Source of the DNA: an uncultured delta proteobacterium
GTDB lineage: Bacteria > Desulfobacterota > Binatia > UBA9968
Direction of reading: 5' to 3'
DNA length: 64,000 bases
NCBI GenBank assembly: GCA_963745835.1
Contig: CAVUZH010000005.1
Span: 96,001-160,000 of the forward strand
This document shows positions 40,321 to 49,701 of this stretch, piece by piece. Numbering within the stretch: the stretch's first letter is position 1; each line of letters opens with the position of its first letter. Below the pieces are notes generated by a model. That model had not been told where the DNA came from and made no database searches. It saw only the letters and a program-made list of their open reading frames with translations. A program made the position numbers and the translations under genes.

Positions 40321-41298
40321 TCACTCGAGTCCTTTCAAGTACACCGCCATGGCTTGCAGTTCTTCTTTCGGCAGCATGCCGAATTGCGGCATGAGCACTC
40401 CCGGTTTGGTGTGTTCGGTGCGGGCGATCCACTGAACCAAAGCATCGACATCGTTCGGCAAAGTGCCGGCGCCGATGCTCAGCCGCCCGCCCACATGGGT
40501 AAGATCGGGTCCTACCACTCCGTTGGCCGGTGTGCCGCGGACCATGTGGCAAGCGCCGCAGCCATTGGCGAGAAATAGCTCTTCACCTCGCGCCGCCAGC
40601 GGCGCGTTGGGTGATTGCGCCGGCGCCGATTGGTGCGCCAGCCAACGGGCGAAGTCCTCCTTCTCGTGGACGACAACGTCGAAGCTCATCAACGCATGCG
40701 AAGTGCCGCAGTATTCGGCGCACGCGCCGCGAAAAACACCGGTTTTGGTCGGCGTCAAAGCAAGCCGTGTCAACCGTCCGGGGATCATGTCGATTTTGCC
40801 GCCTAGCGAGGGAATCCAAAAGGAGTGAATGACGTCCGGGCTTTCCAGATGAAACTCCACCGGCTCTCCGACCGGCAGGCGGATCTCGTTGGCCAATATT
40901 ACCGGTTCGCCGGCCGATAATTGATAGCGTACCCGCCACCACCACTGCTCTCCGGCCACGGCAATTTTCAGGCTGCCTTCCGGCGCCGGCGCCAACAACG
41001 CTGGTAGCGGAGCTAAACCATAGACAAGCAGGGCGGTCAACGCGATCGTCGGAACAATCGCGCCGCCGCCGATGATCAATAAATTGGACCGTCGCTGGTT
41101 ATGCGTTTCGGGGGAGGCGCCGACTGCCCATATCGCCAAGGCGATTACCGCGATCCAGATCACAGTGCCAGCGATCGTCATCCACCAGAAGATTTCGGCA
41201 ATGCGCTGAGCGGCGGGGCCTGCCGGATCGAGCGTCGATTGCGGACCGGCGCACCCCGCGAGCAACAGCATGCATATCAGGACGATACGCCGAGCCAT
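40321..41298 (-). CDS. ctaC: Cytochrome c oxidase subunit II with C-terminal cytochrome c (caa3-type)
   Basis: Lipobox LAGC; QWWW; DVIHSFW; CuA motif CAEYCGTSHALM; heme CGACH. Confidence 0.94.
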   Translation of the reverse strand: MARRIVLICMLLLAGCAGPQSTLDPAGPAAQRIAEIFWWMTIAGTVIWIAVIALAIWAVGASPETHNQRRSNLLIIGGGAIVPTIALTALLVYGLAPLPALLAPAPEGSLKIAVAGEQWWWRVRYQLSAGEPVILANEIRLPVGEPVEFHLESPDVIHSFWIPSLGGKIDMIPGRLTRLALTPTKTGVFRGACAEYCGTSHALMSFDVVVHEKEDFARWLAHQSAPAQSPNAPLAARGEELFLANGCGACHMVRGTPANGVVGPDLTHVGGRLSIGAGTLPNDVDALVQWIARTEHTKPGVLMPQFGMLPKEELQAMAVYLKGLE

Positions 41299-41551
41299 GT
41301 CATTAGCGCCGTGGTAGCTGATGCGAGTGGGAAGAAGGTCGATGGCGGGATGCCTTTCGATTACGCTTGAGCGCCGATCCGAGCTGCGATTACGAAATGG
41401 ATTTTTGTATCAAAAGCGAGAAACGGTTCCAACGTAAAATCCAGCTTTGGGACGATCATTTTAGAACGTTGCTTTAAGGTCTCAGGATCGCTCTTAGTAT
41501 CGCGTGTGCCGGATAACTTTCCGTGGCGAGTACATATCGCAACGTGCATCG

Positions 41552-41567
41552 AGCAAGACATGTTCCA
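41552..41567 (-). promoter_or_regulatory. Sigma54 -24/-12 promoter candidate for the oxidase operon
   Basis: Minus strand TGGAAC-ATGTC-TTGCT. Confidence 0.6.
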
Positions 41568-41615
41568 GAATCTGTCAACTCACTTTACGATTCTGGCGGA
41601 ATCAGGCTTGAACGG

Positions 41616-41631
41616 CGGCATAAGCATTGCT
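41616..41631 (+). promoter_or_regulatory. Sigma54 -24/-12 promoter candidate for the TIGR02587/88 operon
   Basis: CGGCAT-AAGCA-TTGCT, 50 nt before GTG 41682. Confidence 0.65.
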
Positions 41632-41681
41632 CTGAGTAGCCGAGCGAATTCTGCTCTTCAATAAATAACTGGAGAGATGCC

Positions 41682-42534
41682 GTGGGTGTTCAGCGCAGCC
41701 AATCAATATCGCCTGAAAGAATTGCCGCCCAGTCCTTCTTCATCGGACTGGCGCGTGCCTTTGGCGGCGCCCTGATTTTTTCTTTACCGATTCTGATGAC
41801 AATGGAAATGTGGTGGCTGGGGTTTTCCATCGATGAGTTCAGGCTCGCCTTGTTGCTGTTGTTGAGCATCCCTCTATTGATCGGCCTCTCTCATTACATG
41901 GGTTTCGAGGACACCTTCGGTTTCAAAGATGACGCGCTTGATGCCTTTGTCGCTCTAGCGGTGGGCTTCGTCACCGGCGCAGTGACGCTCAGCCTTTTCT
42001 CGGTCATCGGATTTGACATATCGGCTTCCGAGTTCATTGGAAAAGTTTCTATCCAAGCGGTTCCCGGCAGCATCGGTGCGATGTTCGCGCAGAGCGAGCT
42101 GGGCGGCAAAGAAGGAAAGAAGGAAGAGAAAAGACGTCACGCGGGTTATGGCGGTGAAATATTTATCATGGCTGCGGGCGCTCTATTCCTTGCTTTCAAT
42201 GTTGCCCCCACCGAGGAGATGATTTTGATCGCGCACCAAATGAGCATCGGGCACTCGATCGCACTCGTCGTAGTCTCACTGCTGATCATGCATGCGTTTG
42301 TTTATGCCCTGGAATTTCAGGGAACGGCGTTGCTACCGCCTGGAACTCCGTTCTGGAGCGTCTTTCTTCGCTTTACCATCGTCGGCTACGCCGTTGCGCT
42401 GATGATGAGTCTCTACATGCTTTGGACTTTCGGACGCACCGAAGGTTTGGCTTTCCACCAAACGATATCGATTCTAGATCGTGCTCGGGTTTCCGGCCGC
42501 TGTTGGCGCGGCCGCGGCAAGGCTGATACTCTAG
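41682..42534 (+). CDS. TIGR02587-family integral membrane protein; frameshift near 42477
   Basis: RAFGGALIFSLP..MTMEMWWLG, FNVAPTEE; alternate frame ends IVLGFPAAVGAAAARLIL-TAG 42532-42534. Confidence 0.85.
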
Positions 42535-42546
42535 CAAGGATCAACA

Positions 42547-43020
42547 ATGGCAGCGCGCACCGATCACACAGCTAAGGGGAGACAAGGTTCCAAGATGCCG
42601 GCGCTTGCTCAGGCGCGATCCGCTTCTCAGGAGCAGCAAGAGAAGGAGGCCATTCCGATCTGGGAATGGATTGTCGCCGGAGTTGGTTTGGTGTTGGTGG
42701 CCGGCGTGATCGGCTTTTTGATCTATGAAGCTTTCAGCCGCGATCGGGTGCCGCCCGATGTAAAGCTCTCAGTGGATTCGGTGGTTGAGACCCGAAACGG
42801 CTATCTAGTTAAAATCATCATAATTAATGAAGGCGGCATGACGGCAGAGGGCGTCGACATTGAAGGGGAGCTCAGGAGAGGCACAGAGCCGGTCGAACGA
42901 AGCCGGACAACGATCGATTATCTGCCGCCGCGCTCAGAGAAGAAGGCCGGTCTATTCTTTACGCGAGATCCTCGGCAGCTCGACCTTCAGGTGCGTTCTT
43001 TGGGGTATGAAGAACCTTGA
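42547..43020 (+). CDS. TIGR02588-family protein
   Basis: EW..GLVLV TM, NEGGMTAEGV, IDYLP, GLFFTRDP, GYEEP; follows TIGR02587 partner. Confidence 0.85.
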   Translation: MAARTDHTAKGRQGSKMPALAQARSASQEQQEKEAIPIWEWIVAGVGLVLVAGVIGFLIYEAFSRDRVPPDVKLSVDSVVETRNGYLVKIIIINEGGMTAEGVDIEGELRRGTEPVERSRTTIDYLPPRSEKKAGLFFTRDPRQLDLQVRSLGYEEP

Positions 43021-43318
43021 AACCTAGAGCGTGTTTAGCGTTAGTTGCCGCAACCGCACTTATTCGGATTATCAACTGGGTTTAGTTTATTAGACAAGTA
43101 GCCTTGCCGGCCATTGTAATCATGAAGGCGAGCTAAGTGTCGATAGGCGGCTTCTCGATGTGATCTTTGGTCAATTCGGCTCGAATCATATCTTCATCGA
43201 GGCATAATCGCTGTCCGGTAAAAACAGAACTTCCTGAACCTGGGATGAATATCCTAGGGCTAACTGCCGCCGGTGGGCTGTCAGTGCGAGGAGACCAAAA
43301 AAATTGGAAAGAGGCAAA

Positions 43319-44317
43319 ATGGACAAGGCTGAAGTGGTGGTGATTACCGGTGCATCGGCGGGAGTTGGGCGGGCAACGGCGCGCGCCTTCGCCCAACGCG
43401 GAGCAAAAATTGGATTAGTAGCGCGGGGTCGGGATGGCTTGGAAGGCGCGCGCAGGGAGATCGAGAAGGCAGGCGGCAAAGCCTTGGTATTGCCCACCGA
43501 TGTTGCCAGCCCGGAGCAGGTCGAAGCTGCTGCACAAGCCGTGGAAGAAAACTTCGGGCCCATCGATATCTGGATCAACAACGCCATGGTTTCAGTTTTT
43601 TCGCCGATCAAAGAAATGACTCCGGAAGAATTTAAACGGGTCACGGATGTTACTTATCTTGGCGCTGTGCATGGAACTTTATCGGCGCTGCGGCGCATGT
43701 TGCCGCGCGACCGCGGCGTCATCGTCGAAGTCGGTTCCGCTCTGGCATATCGCGGTATCCCGCTGCAGGCTGCCTATTGTGGCGCCAAGCACGCCTTGCA
43801 GGGATTCGTTGATTCTTTGCGCTGCGAACTACTGCACGATCAAAGCCGTGTCCGGGTGACGATGGTTCAGCTGCCGGCGCTCAACACGCCGCAGTTCTCG
43901 TGGGTTAAAAGCCGGCTGCCGCGCAAACCGCAACCAGTGCCGCCGATTTTTCAACCTGAAGTTGCCGCTGATGCGATCGTCTGGGCAGCGCTTCATGATC
44001 GTCCCGAGCTTTACGTCGGCTGGCCGTCGGTGAAAGCCATCGTTGGCAATAAGATTGCGCCGCGCTTGGCCGACTGGTATCTGTCACGGCAGGGCTATGA
44101 AGCGCAACAAACCGACGAGCCGGTCGAATCGGGGCGCGTCGATAATCTATGGCAGCCGGTTGCCGGCGATCATGGTGCGCACGGAGATTTCGACGCCCGC
44201 TCCAGCTCTTCAAGTTGGCAGTTTCAGCTCGCCAAGCATAAGACCAGCTTCGCTTTAGCGGGGCTGACAATTGCCGCCGCTCTGCTGGCGTTTGCTAAAG
44301 GCAGTCGCCGAGCATGA
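43319..44317 (+). CDS. Short-chain dehydrogenase/reductase
   Basis: ITGASAGVGRA, WINNA, YCGAK (YxxxK), PPIFQPE. Confidence 0.93.
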   Translation: MDKAEVVVITGASAGVGRATARAFAQRGAKIGLVARGRDGLEGARREIEKAGGKALVLPTDVASPEQVEAAAQAVEENFGPIDIWINNAMVSVFSPIKEMTPEEFKRVTDVTYLGAVHGTLSALRRMLPRDRGVIVEVGSALAYRGIPLQAAYCGAKHALQGFVDSLRCELLHDQSRVRVTMVQLPALNTPQFSWVKSRLPRKPQPVPPIFQPEVAADAIVWAALHDRPELYVGWPSVKAIVGNKIAPRLADWYLSRQGYEAQQTDEPVESGRVDNLWQPVAGDHGAHGDFDARSSSSSWQFQLAKHKTSFALAGLTIAAALLAFAKGSRRA

Positions 44318-44357
44318 CTAAGTAGCGAAAACTGCCGCGGACGAATTTGGAGAAATC

Positions 44358-45527
44358 ATGAAACCAGTTTTGCTAATTAGCCTACTTGCTTGTTTCTTGT
44401 TCGCTTGCGAAAAAAAGGAAGCTAAAGCCCCGACGCCGCCAGAGGCCACGCCGCCGGCAGTTGAGGAAAAGAAAACGGTCTCTGCTGAACGACCGCCGCC
44501 TGCCGCCGGACCGGGATCGTACGCCGATGTGGTCGAGCGCGCCGGTCCCGCCGTTGTCACAATTCGCGCCGCCAAACGCGCGCGCGCGCCGCAACAGCAC
44601 CCGTTTTTTAACGATCCGCGATTTCGTGATTTTTTCGGCGGCATTTTTCCTGGAGCCGCCGACACCCCTCCGAGAATCCAGATGGGGTTGGGTTCGGGAG
44701 TCATCGTCTCACCGGACGGCACCATCCTGACAAACCATCACGTCGTCGACGGCGCTCAGGAAATTCAGGTCGAGCTCACCAACCACCGCTTATTTAGTGC
44801 GAAAGTTGTCGGCTCCGATCCGCCGAGTGATCTCGCCGTTTTGAAAGTCGATGGAAAAGATCTGGCTGTGTTGCCCTTAGCTGATTCGGATCGCGTGCGG
44901 GTCGGCGATGTCGCTCTCGCCATCGGCAATCCGCTGGGCGTAGGTCAAACTGTGACGGCGGGGATTATCAGCGCCAAAGGACGCTCCACTGGTCTGAGCG
45001 ACGGCAGTTTCGAAGATTTCTTGCAAACCGATGCGCCGATCAACCAGGGTAATTCGGGTGGGGCACTGATCAACACCCGGGGCGAGTTGGTCGGCATCAA
45101 TTCGCAAATCTTGTCACCCTCAGGCGGCAACATCGGTATCGGCTTTGCCATTCCGTCAAATATGGCCCGCAACGTCTCGGAGCAGTTGATCAAGACCGGA
45201 AAGGTTCGCCGCGGTCAGCTCGGTGTCGCGATTGAGCCGGTGACCCCGGAGTTAGCCTCTAAGCTCGGTATGAAGGAAGTTCGGGGCGTGATGGTCGGTG
45301 CCGTGAGTCCTAACAGCCCAGCGGCACGGGCGGGAATTCGCGAAGGCGACGTCATCTTAGCGTTTAACGGAACGCCGGTGACAGATGGAAATACTCTACG
45401 AAATCGGGTTGCGAGCACGCCACCGGGAAATGCGGTAAAACTCACGACATCGCGGGAGGGTCGCGAGCAAGAGGTGGAGGTCACCCTAGGCGAGTATCAG
45501 CCGGCCACGGCACAACGCCGCAGGTAG
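44358..45527 (+). CDS. Lipoprotein HtrA-family serine protease with one PDZ domain
   Basis: Lipobox LFAC; GSGVI, TNHHV, DLAV, QTDAPINQGNSGG; single PDZ. Confidence 0.92.
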   Translation: MKPVLLISLLACFLFACEKKEAKAPTPPEATPPAVEEKKTVSAERPPPAAGPGSYADVVERAGPAVVTIRAAKRARAPQQHPFFNDPRFRDFFGGIFPGAADTPPRIQMGLGSGVIVSPDGTILTNHHVVDGAQEIQVELTNHRLFSAKVVGSDPPSDLAVLKVDGKDLAVLPLADSDRVRVGDVALAIGNPLGVGQTVTAGIISAKGRSTGLSDGSFEDFLQTDAPINQGNSGGALINTRGELVGINSQILSPSGGNIGIGFAIPSNMARNVSEQLIKTGKVRRGQLGVAIEPVTPELASKLGMKEVRGVMVGAVSPNSPAARAGIREGDVILAFNGTPVTDGNTLRNRVASTPPGNAVKLTTSREGREQEVEVTLGEYQPATAQRRR

Positions 45528-45680
45528 TTGTTTCTGCACGCGTTGAAAAAAGTTTGTGCGGCGCGCAGCCCGGATTGTGCCGCCAAGATTTGAGTACGGA
45601 TGTTTGAAGTGGTCTCTGATAACGAGTTGAGTTGTGCTTGTTGTCGGCTGGATTCGAAGGCCAGAAGTCGTCTTACCGAT

Positions 45681-46049
45681 TCAAGCGTTAAGAAGAGCCT
45701 TCAATTGAGAAGTGTCCACCGGCTTGCGAAGGAAATGGTGGAATTCGGATCCGGTTTGTTTTTGCCGGGCGGTCTCTTCTTCGAACCCGGTAAGGGCGAT
45801 AAACTTCGTCGTCTGCAGTTCCTTAAATTGTTTGAGTCGATTCAGTAGCTCATAACCGCCGATATCCGGAAGTCCAATATCGAGGATGATGATGTCAGGC
45901 GAAAACTCACCGGCGACTTCTATGGCTGTGCGACCATTGAAAGCCGTTCGAACCTTGTAGCCGGACATCTCCAGCAAGATCGCCGTCGACTTACAGGCCA
46001 CCTGTTGATCGTCGACTAAGAGGACCTTACGGATGGCTGTGTCTTTCAT
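45681..46049 (-). CDS. Stand-alone response-regulator receiver protein
   Basis: VLLVDD, LDIGLP, ALTG, KP motifs. Confidence 0.88.
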   Translation of the reverse strand: MKDTAIRKVLLVDDQQVACKSTAILLEMSGYKVRTAFNGRTAIEVAGEFSPDIIILDIGLPDIGGYELLNRLKQFKELQTTKFIALTGFEEETARQKQTGSEFHHFLRKPVDTSQLKALLNA

Positions 46050-46251
46050 ACATTTGGCCTTCCCTACCCGTGCTGTTCATCACGGATTCGAATGGTTCCT
46101 GAAACAACCTTCCTGTCGAATGTAATTTGTGTCCTGATTTTCGGATTGCAAGTCCCATTCGTAGCTTTTTTTAAACAGTTATACTACGCGCTCACAACGC
46201 TATCAGGTGAATTTGGCCTTAACCATGCGCTCTGAAAAAAAAGGAATTCAG

Positions 46252-46267
46252 TGGCATACGCCTTGCT
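46252..46267 (+). promoter_or_regulatory. Sigma54 -24/-12 promoter candidate upstream of SRPBCC gene
   Basis: TGGCAT-ACGCC-TTGCT. Confidence 0.72.
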
Positions 46268-46338
46268 CAAATTTTGGCCCATCAGGTATGAGCCTGAGCG
46301 TCGTGCTTGGCTTAGCTTTAGCTATGAGGAGAACCACA

Positions 46339-47118
46339 ATGACAACCGATACCGAAGAGTACAACCACTACTCGTCCGCAGCTCTTGATCAGGATCGGCG
46401 GGGCGCCAGATCTCAGAACATAAGTGAAACCGAGCGTTGGGTGTCGCTCGTCATCGGTGGCGGGCTCCTAGCCCTCGGACTAAAGCAGGGAATTCGCGAA
46501 CGTCTGATGCTTGCCGTCACTGGCGGTGCATTACTCTACCGCGGCGCAACAGGGCAGTGTCCACTGTATAAAGTTGCTGGAATCGATACCTCGACAAGTC
46601 GTCCGCGCCATGGCGTCAGCGTACCGCACGGACGCGGCGTGAAGGTCGAGAATGCCGTTCTCATCAACAAATCACCGGAGGAGTTGTATCGCTTCTGGCG
46701 CCAATTCGAGAACCTACCGAGATTTATGGATAATCTGGTTTCCGTAAAAACCGAAGATGGCCAGCGCTCCCACTGGGTTGTCAAGGCGATTGGTAACGCA
46801 GAGATCTCCTGGGATGCGGAGATTGTTAACGACGTACCCAATGAGCTAATCGCCTGGCGTACAGTGGAAAATTCTGACGTTGATCACGCCGGTTCGGTTC
46901 GCTTCGAAGGGACCGAGCGGGGCACCAGAGTCAAAGTGACCATGGAATACCGGCCACCCGCAGGCAAGGTAGGAGTGGGTCTGGCAAAACTCTTTGGTCA
47001 AGAACCGCGGCAGATGATTGAAAGCGATCTGCGACGCTTCAAACAGCTGGTGGAATCAGGTGAAGTGGTGTCCGTTGAAGGACAGTCTCACGGTGGGAGC
47101 GTCGATCGCAGCATATAG
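46339..47118 (+). CDS. DUF2892 + SRPBCC (cyclase/dehydrase-like) protein
   Basis: GAGGAG RBS; NISETER..RGATGQCPLY; ENLPRFM, SHW, WDAEI, DLRRFKQLVE. Confidence 0.9.
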   Translation: MTTDTEEYNHYSSAALDQDRRGARSQNISETERWVSLVIGGGLLALGLKQGIRERLMLAVTGGALLYRGATGQCPLYKVAGIDTSTSRPRHGVSVPHGRGVKVENAVLINKSPEELYRFWRQFENLPRFMDNLVSVKTEDGQRSHWVVKAIGNAEISWDAEIVNDVPNELIAWRTVENSDVDHAGSVRFEGTERGTRVKVTMEYRPPAGKVGVGLAKLFGQEPRQMIESDLRRFKQLVESGEVVSVEGQSHGGSVDRSI

Positions 47119-47273
47119 ATCGACCTGTAAACGGCTGCGTCAAGCCGACTAGCAGATCCTTTAATGCGCCATCGCCGCTGAGGGCGGCAAATGTAACCGC
47201 GAGTAAGGTTCCAGAGGAACAGATTAGCGAGCGGTGACCGCCATCAAACATTCGTTGAGCGATCATCTTGTTT

Positions 47274-47520
47274 TAATCCCGAATTCCGCAGTTCAGGGTG
47301 AGACAGCGATCAAGGGACGAACCCTCCGGAACGAAGGCAATAGGTCTGTGGCTGATAGTGGCCTGCAAGCTCCAGTCCTTAGCGGACGCTTGAGAAATTG
47401 CCAGCCCAGGGCCAAGCACCATAGACGGCATTGAAATTATTCGCCTCTGTGCCTTCGCTCCTCCGTGCTCGCCCCTTGATCACTCTGCAGGGATCCATCT
47501 CGACTGCGGAATCCGGGTTA
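47274..47520. mobile_element. MITE-like element with ~18-bp terminal inverted repeats (copy 1)
   Basis: Ends TAATCCCGAATTCCGCAGT ... ACTGCGGAATCCGGGTTA; homologous inverted copy at ~58418-58653. Confidence 0.7.
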
Positions 47521-47587
47521 ATTCTTGCGCTTCGTAACTAGCGCGTGATCACGAATCTCTTCAGCCAGGTGCTGAAAAAAGCCTTTT

Positions 47588-47713
47588 GCAGGCTGCTCAA
47601 AAAGATCCAGGTGCGAGGCGCGCGAAAATCGACGAGCGGAGGCATACTTACAGTACGTTGCAGCGAGGCGATTGAGCGTCAACGAAGCATATGGGTCTTT
47701 TTCAACAGCCTGC
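47588..47713. mobile_element. Short MITE-like element with ~20-bp imperfect terminal inverted repeats
   Basis: GCAGGCTGCTCAAAAAGATC ... GGTCTTTTTCAACAGCCTGC (17/20 complementary); abuts the amidase stop codon. Confidence 0.65.
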
Positions 47714-49134
47714 TAGGCACTGGCGTTTGCAGGGCGGCGCGTGTGCCAATCGGTCCCGTTCTGGAATGCCAACGCTAGGTTCAGAACGGTTTGATCAGCG
47801 AACCAACTGCCGATCAGTTGCATGCCGATCGGCAAGCCCTCGATATTAATGCCGCAGGGAATTGAGCAGCCCGGCAAGCCGAGCATGCTCGGAAAGCGCA
47901 GAAGATTGGAATGATTGTAGCTGGCGTGGCGCGTGTCGTCGCCGTTGCCTTTTACGCCGTCCGCTATCAGCGGCGCGGCCCTGGCCGTGGTCGGCGAGGC
48001 GATGATAGCCACCTGCTCGTAAGCCGTTCGCAGCGCTTCACGAATTCGCTGCCGGGCACGCTGTACCGTGAGATACTCGGAGGCGGTGATGGTCATTCCC
48101 ACGGCGATGCCGCGGCTCACGTGCGGCACAAAGTCCTGATGCCGCTCGCGAAACCAGCGTCGGTTAATCCCGGCGCTCTCGGCCGAGCTGGTCATCATCG
48201 AGGTCATCGCCGCGTAGCTTACCTCAGGAACGTTCAACTCGACGATCTCGCATCCTGCGCCGGCAAAGACTTCAAGTCCTGTGTCGAATGCCTGCCTCAC
48301 TTCATGATTGACGCCTTCGAGAAAACGCCGGAGGATGCCGATTCTAAGTTGCTTGACGTTGGCGTCGAGCCGCGCCGTATATGCGGCGGTATCTTGGTGA
48401 ACGCTGGCCGGATCACGCGCATCGAAACCGGCCACCGGATCCAGACCCAGCGTAATATCCTTTACTGAACGCGCGAACAGGCCAACGTGATCCTGGCTCC
48501 AGGCGCCGCGAAACGAACCGGTCCGGCTAATGATGCCGAAGGTCGGCTTGAAACCGACGATGCCGCAGTACGATGCCGGTCGGCGCACTGACGAGCCGGT
48601 CTCGGTGCCGTAGGAGAGCGGGCCGATGCCGGCCGCAACAGCAGCTGCCGAGCCGCCGCTGGATCCGCCGGCAATATGCTCGATGTTCCAGGGATTATGA
48701 ACCGGCCCGAAATGGGATAACGTCGATGTCCCGCCGTGGCCGAACTCGTCCAGGTTTGTTTTTCCGATGATGATCGCTCCGGCTGCGCGCAGGCGCTCTA
48801 CCACAGCTGAGTCCGTTTCGGGAACCCAATCAGCCAAGATTTTCGAACCTGCAGTCGTGCGCACGCGCGCCGTCGCAAATAAGTCTTTGATCGTCACCGG
48901 TACCCCATGAAGAGGACCTCGATAGCCCCCGCGAGCGATTTCCTCATCGGCTTTCTTCGCTTCGGCAATGGCCTGCTCGCCGGGGACGGTGATAAAGGCA
49001 TTGAGCTTGCTCTCCAATCGCTCCAAGCGGTTCAGAGCCGCATTGACTGCTTCCGACGATGACAGCTCGCGAGTCGCAAGAAGCTCGGAAAGTTCGGTCA
49101 GATTCAATTCGCAAATATCAGCGACAGGCATCAT
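47713..49134 (-). CDS. Amidase-signature family enzyme (GatA/AtzE-like)
   Basis: GPLHGVPVTIKD, GKTNLDEF, GGSSGGSAAAVAAG, GTETGSSVRRPASYCG; TGATG overlap with upstream small gene. Confidence 0.92.
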   Translation of the reverse strand: MMPVADICELNLTELSELLATRELSSSEAVNAALNRLERLESKLNAFITVPGEQAIAEAKKADEEIARGGYRGPLHGVPVTIKDLFATARVRTTAGSKILADWVPETDSAVVERLRAAGAIIIGKTNLDEFGHGGTSTLSHFGPVHNPWNIEHIAGGSSGGSAAAVAAGIGPLSYGTETGSSVRRPASYCGIVGFKPTFGIISRTGSFRGAWSQDHVGLFARSVKDITLGLDPVAGFDARDPASVHQDTAAYTARLDANVKQLRIGILRRFLEGVNHEVRQAFDTGLEVFAGAGCEIVELNVPEVSYAAMTSMMTSSAESAGINRRWFRERHQDFVPHVSRGIAVGMTITASEYLTVQRARQRIREALRTAYEQVAIIASPTTARAAPLIADGVKGNGDDTRHASYNHSNLLRFPSMLGLPGCSIPCGINIEGLPIGMQLIGSWFADQTVLNLALAFQNGTDWHTRRPANASA

Positions 49135-49322
49135 CAAGCCTTACTCGTGGTTGGTTGAAGTTGCTGCGAAACCCATGGAGTGCCTTGAGCGAACTCTTCC
49201 AGCTCGGCGACGATTCTGTCGAGATCCTCGATTTCGGCGGCGATTGCATCCAGGTAGACTTGAGAAAGATCCACGCCGGCGAGAAGCGCCAAACGATGGG
49301 CGATTTTTTCTGTGGTTTTCAT
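49134..49322 (-). CDS. 62-aa GatC/AtzG-like small amidase partner
   Basis: RLALLAGVDLS...I...D..VAEL helical pattern; translationally coupled to amidase. Confidence 0.65.
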   Translation of the reverse strand: MKTTEKIAHRLALLAGVDLSQVYLDAIAAEIEDLDRIVAELEEFAQGTPWVSQQLQPTTSKA

Positions 49323-49444
49323 GTCCTAGTCATTTTCGGTTTGCTAAAACAGCGCGGTAGAGCATCATCTCACTTATCTAGCCACGAGGCACGAAGAGCA
49401 CGAAGTAAACTCACCAATCCGTTATCCTTCGTGAACTTCGCATG

Positions 49445-49653
49445 CTCCTTCGAAATCGCGGCTGAGGTGAAGAGATGCGAGTCCACAAGACCGTCACCCC
49501 GGATGTTTTAATCGGGGGTCCAGTCCGAATTCCGCCTGGATTCCCGCTACAAGCATGCGGGAATGACAGGCTCGTCCGAGAATTAGCGACTTGAAGGACG
49601 TACTTCATTGTCATTTTCTGTGGGCGAGCGGAAGATCATGAATCCACTTCGTG
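49445..49653 (+). repeat. ~210-bp intergenic repeat, copy 1 (contains ATTCCCGC-N8-GCGGGAAT REP core)
   Basis: Near-identical to 51682-51890. Confidence 0.85.
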
Positions 49654-49701
49654 ATGAAACTTTTCCCGTTCTCTTATAGGAAGGCGGTCTGCCGAAATCG
49701 G

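Noticed and set aside
47713-49322. Calling the pair gatCA of the tRNA amidotransferase
   Set aside because: No gatB adjacent, divergent catalytic-loop motif and catabolic context.
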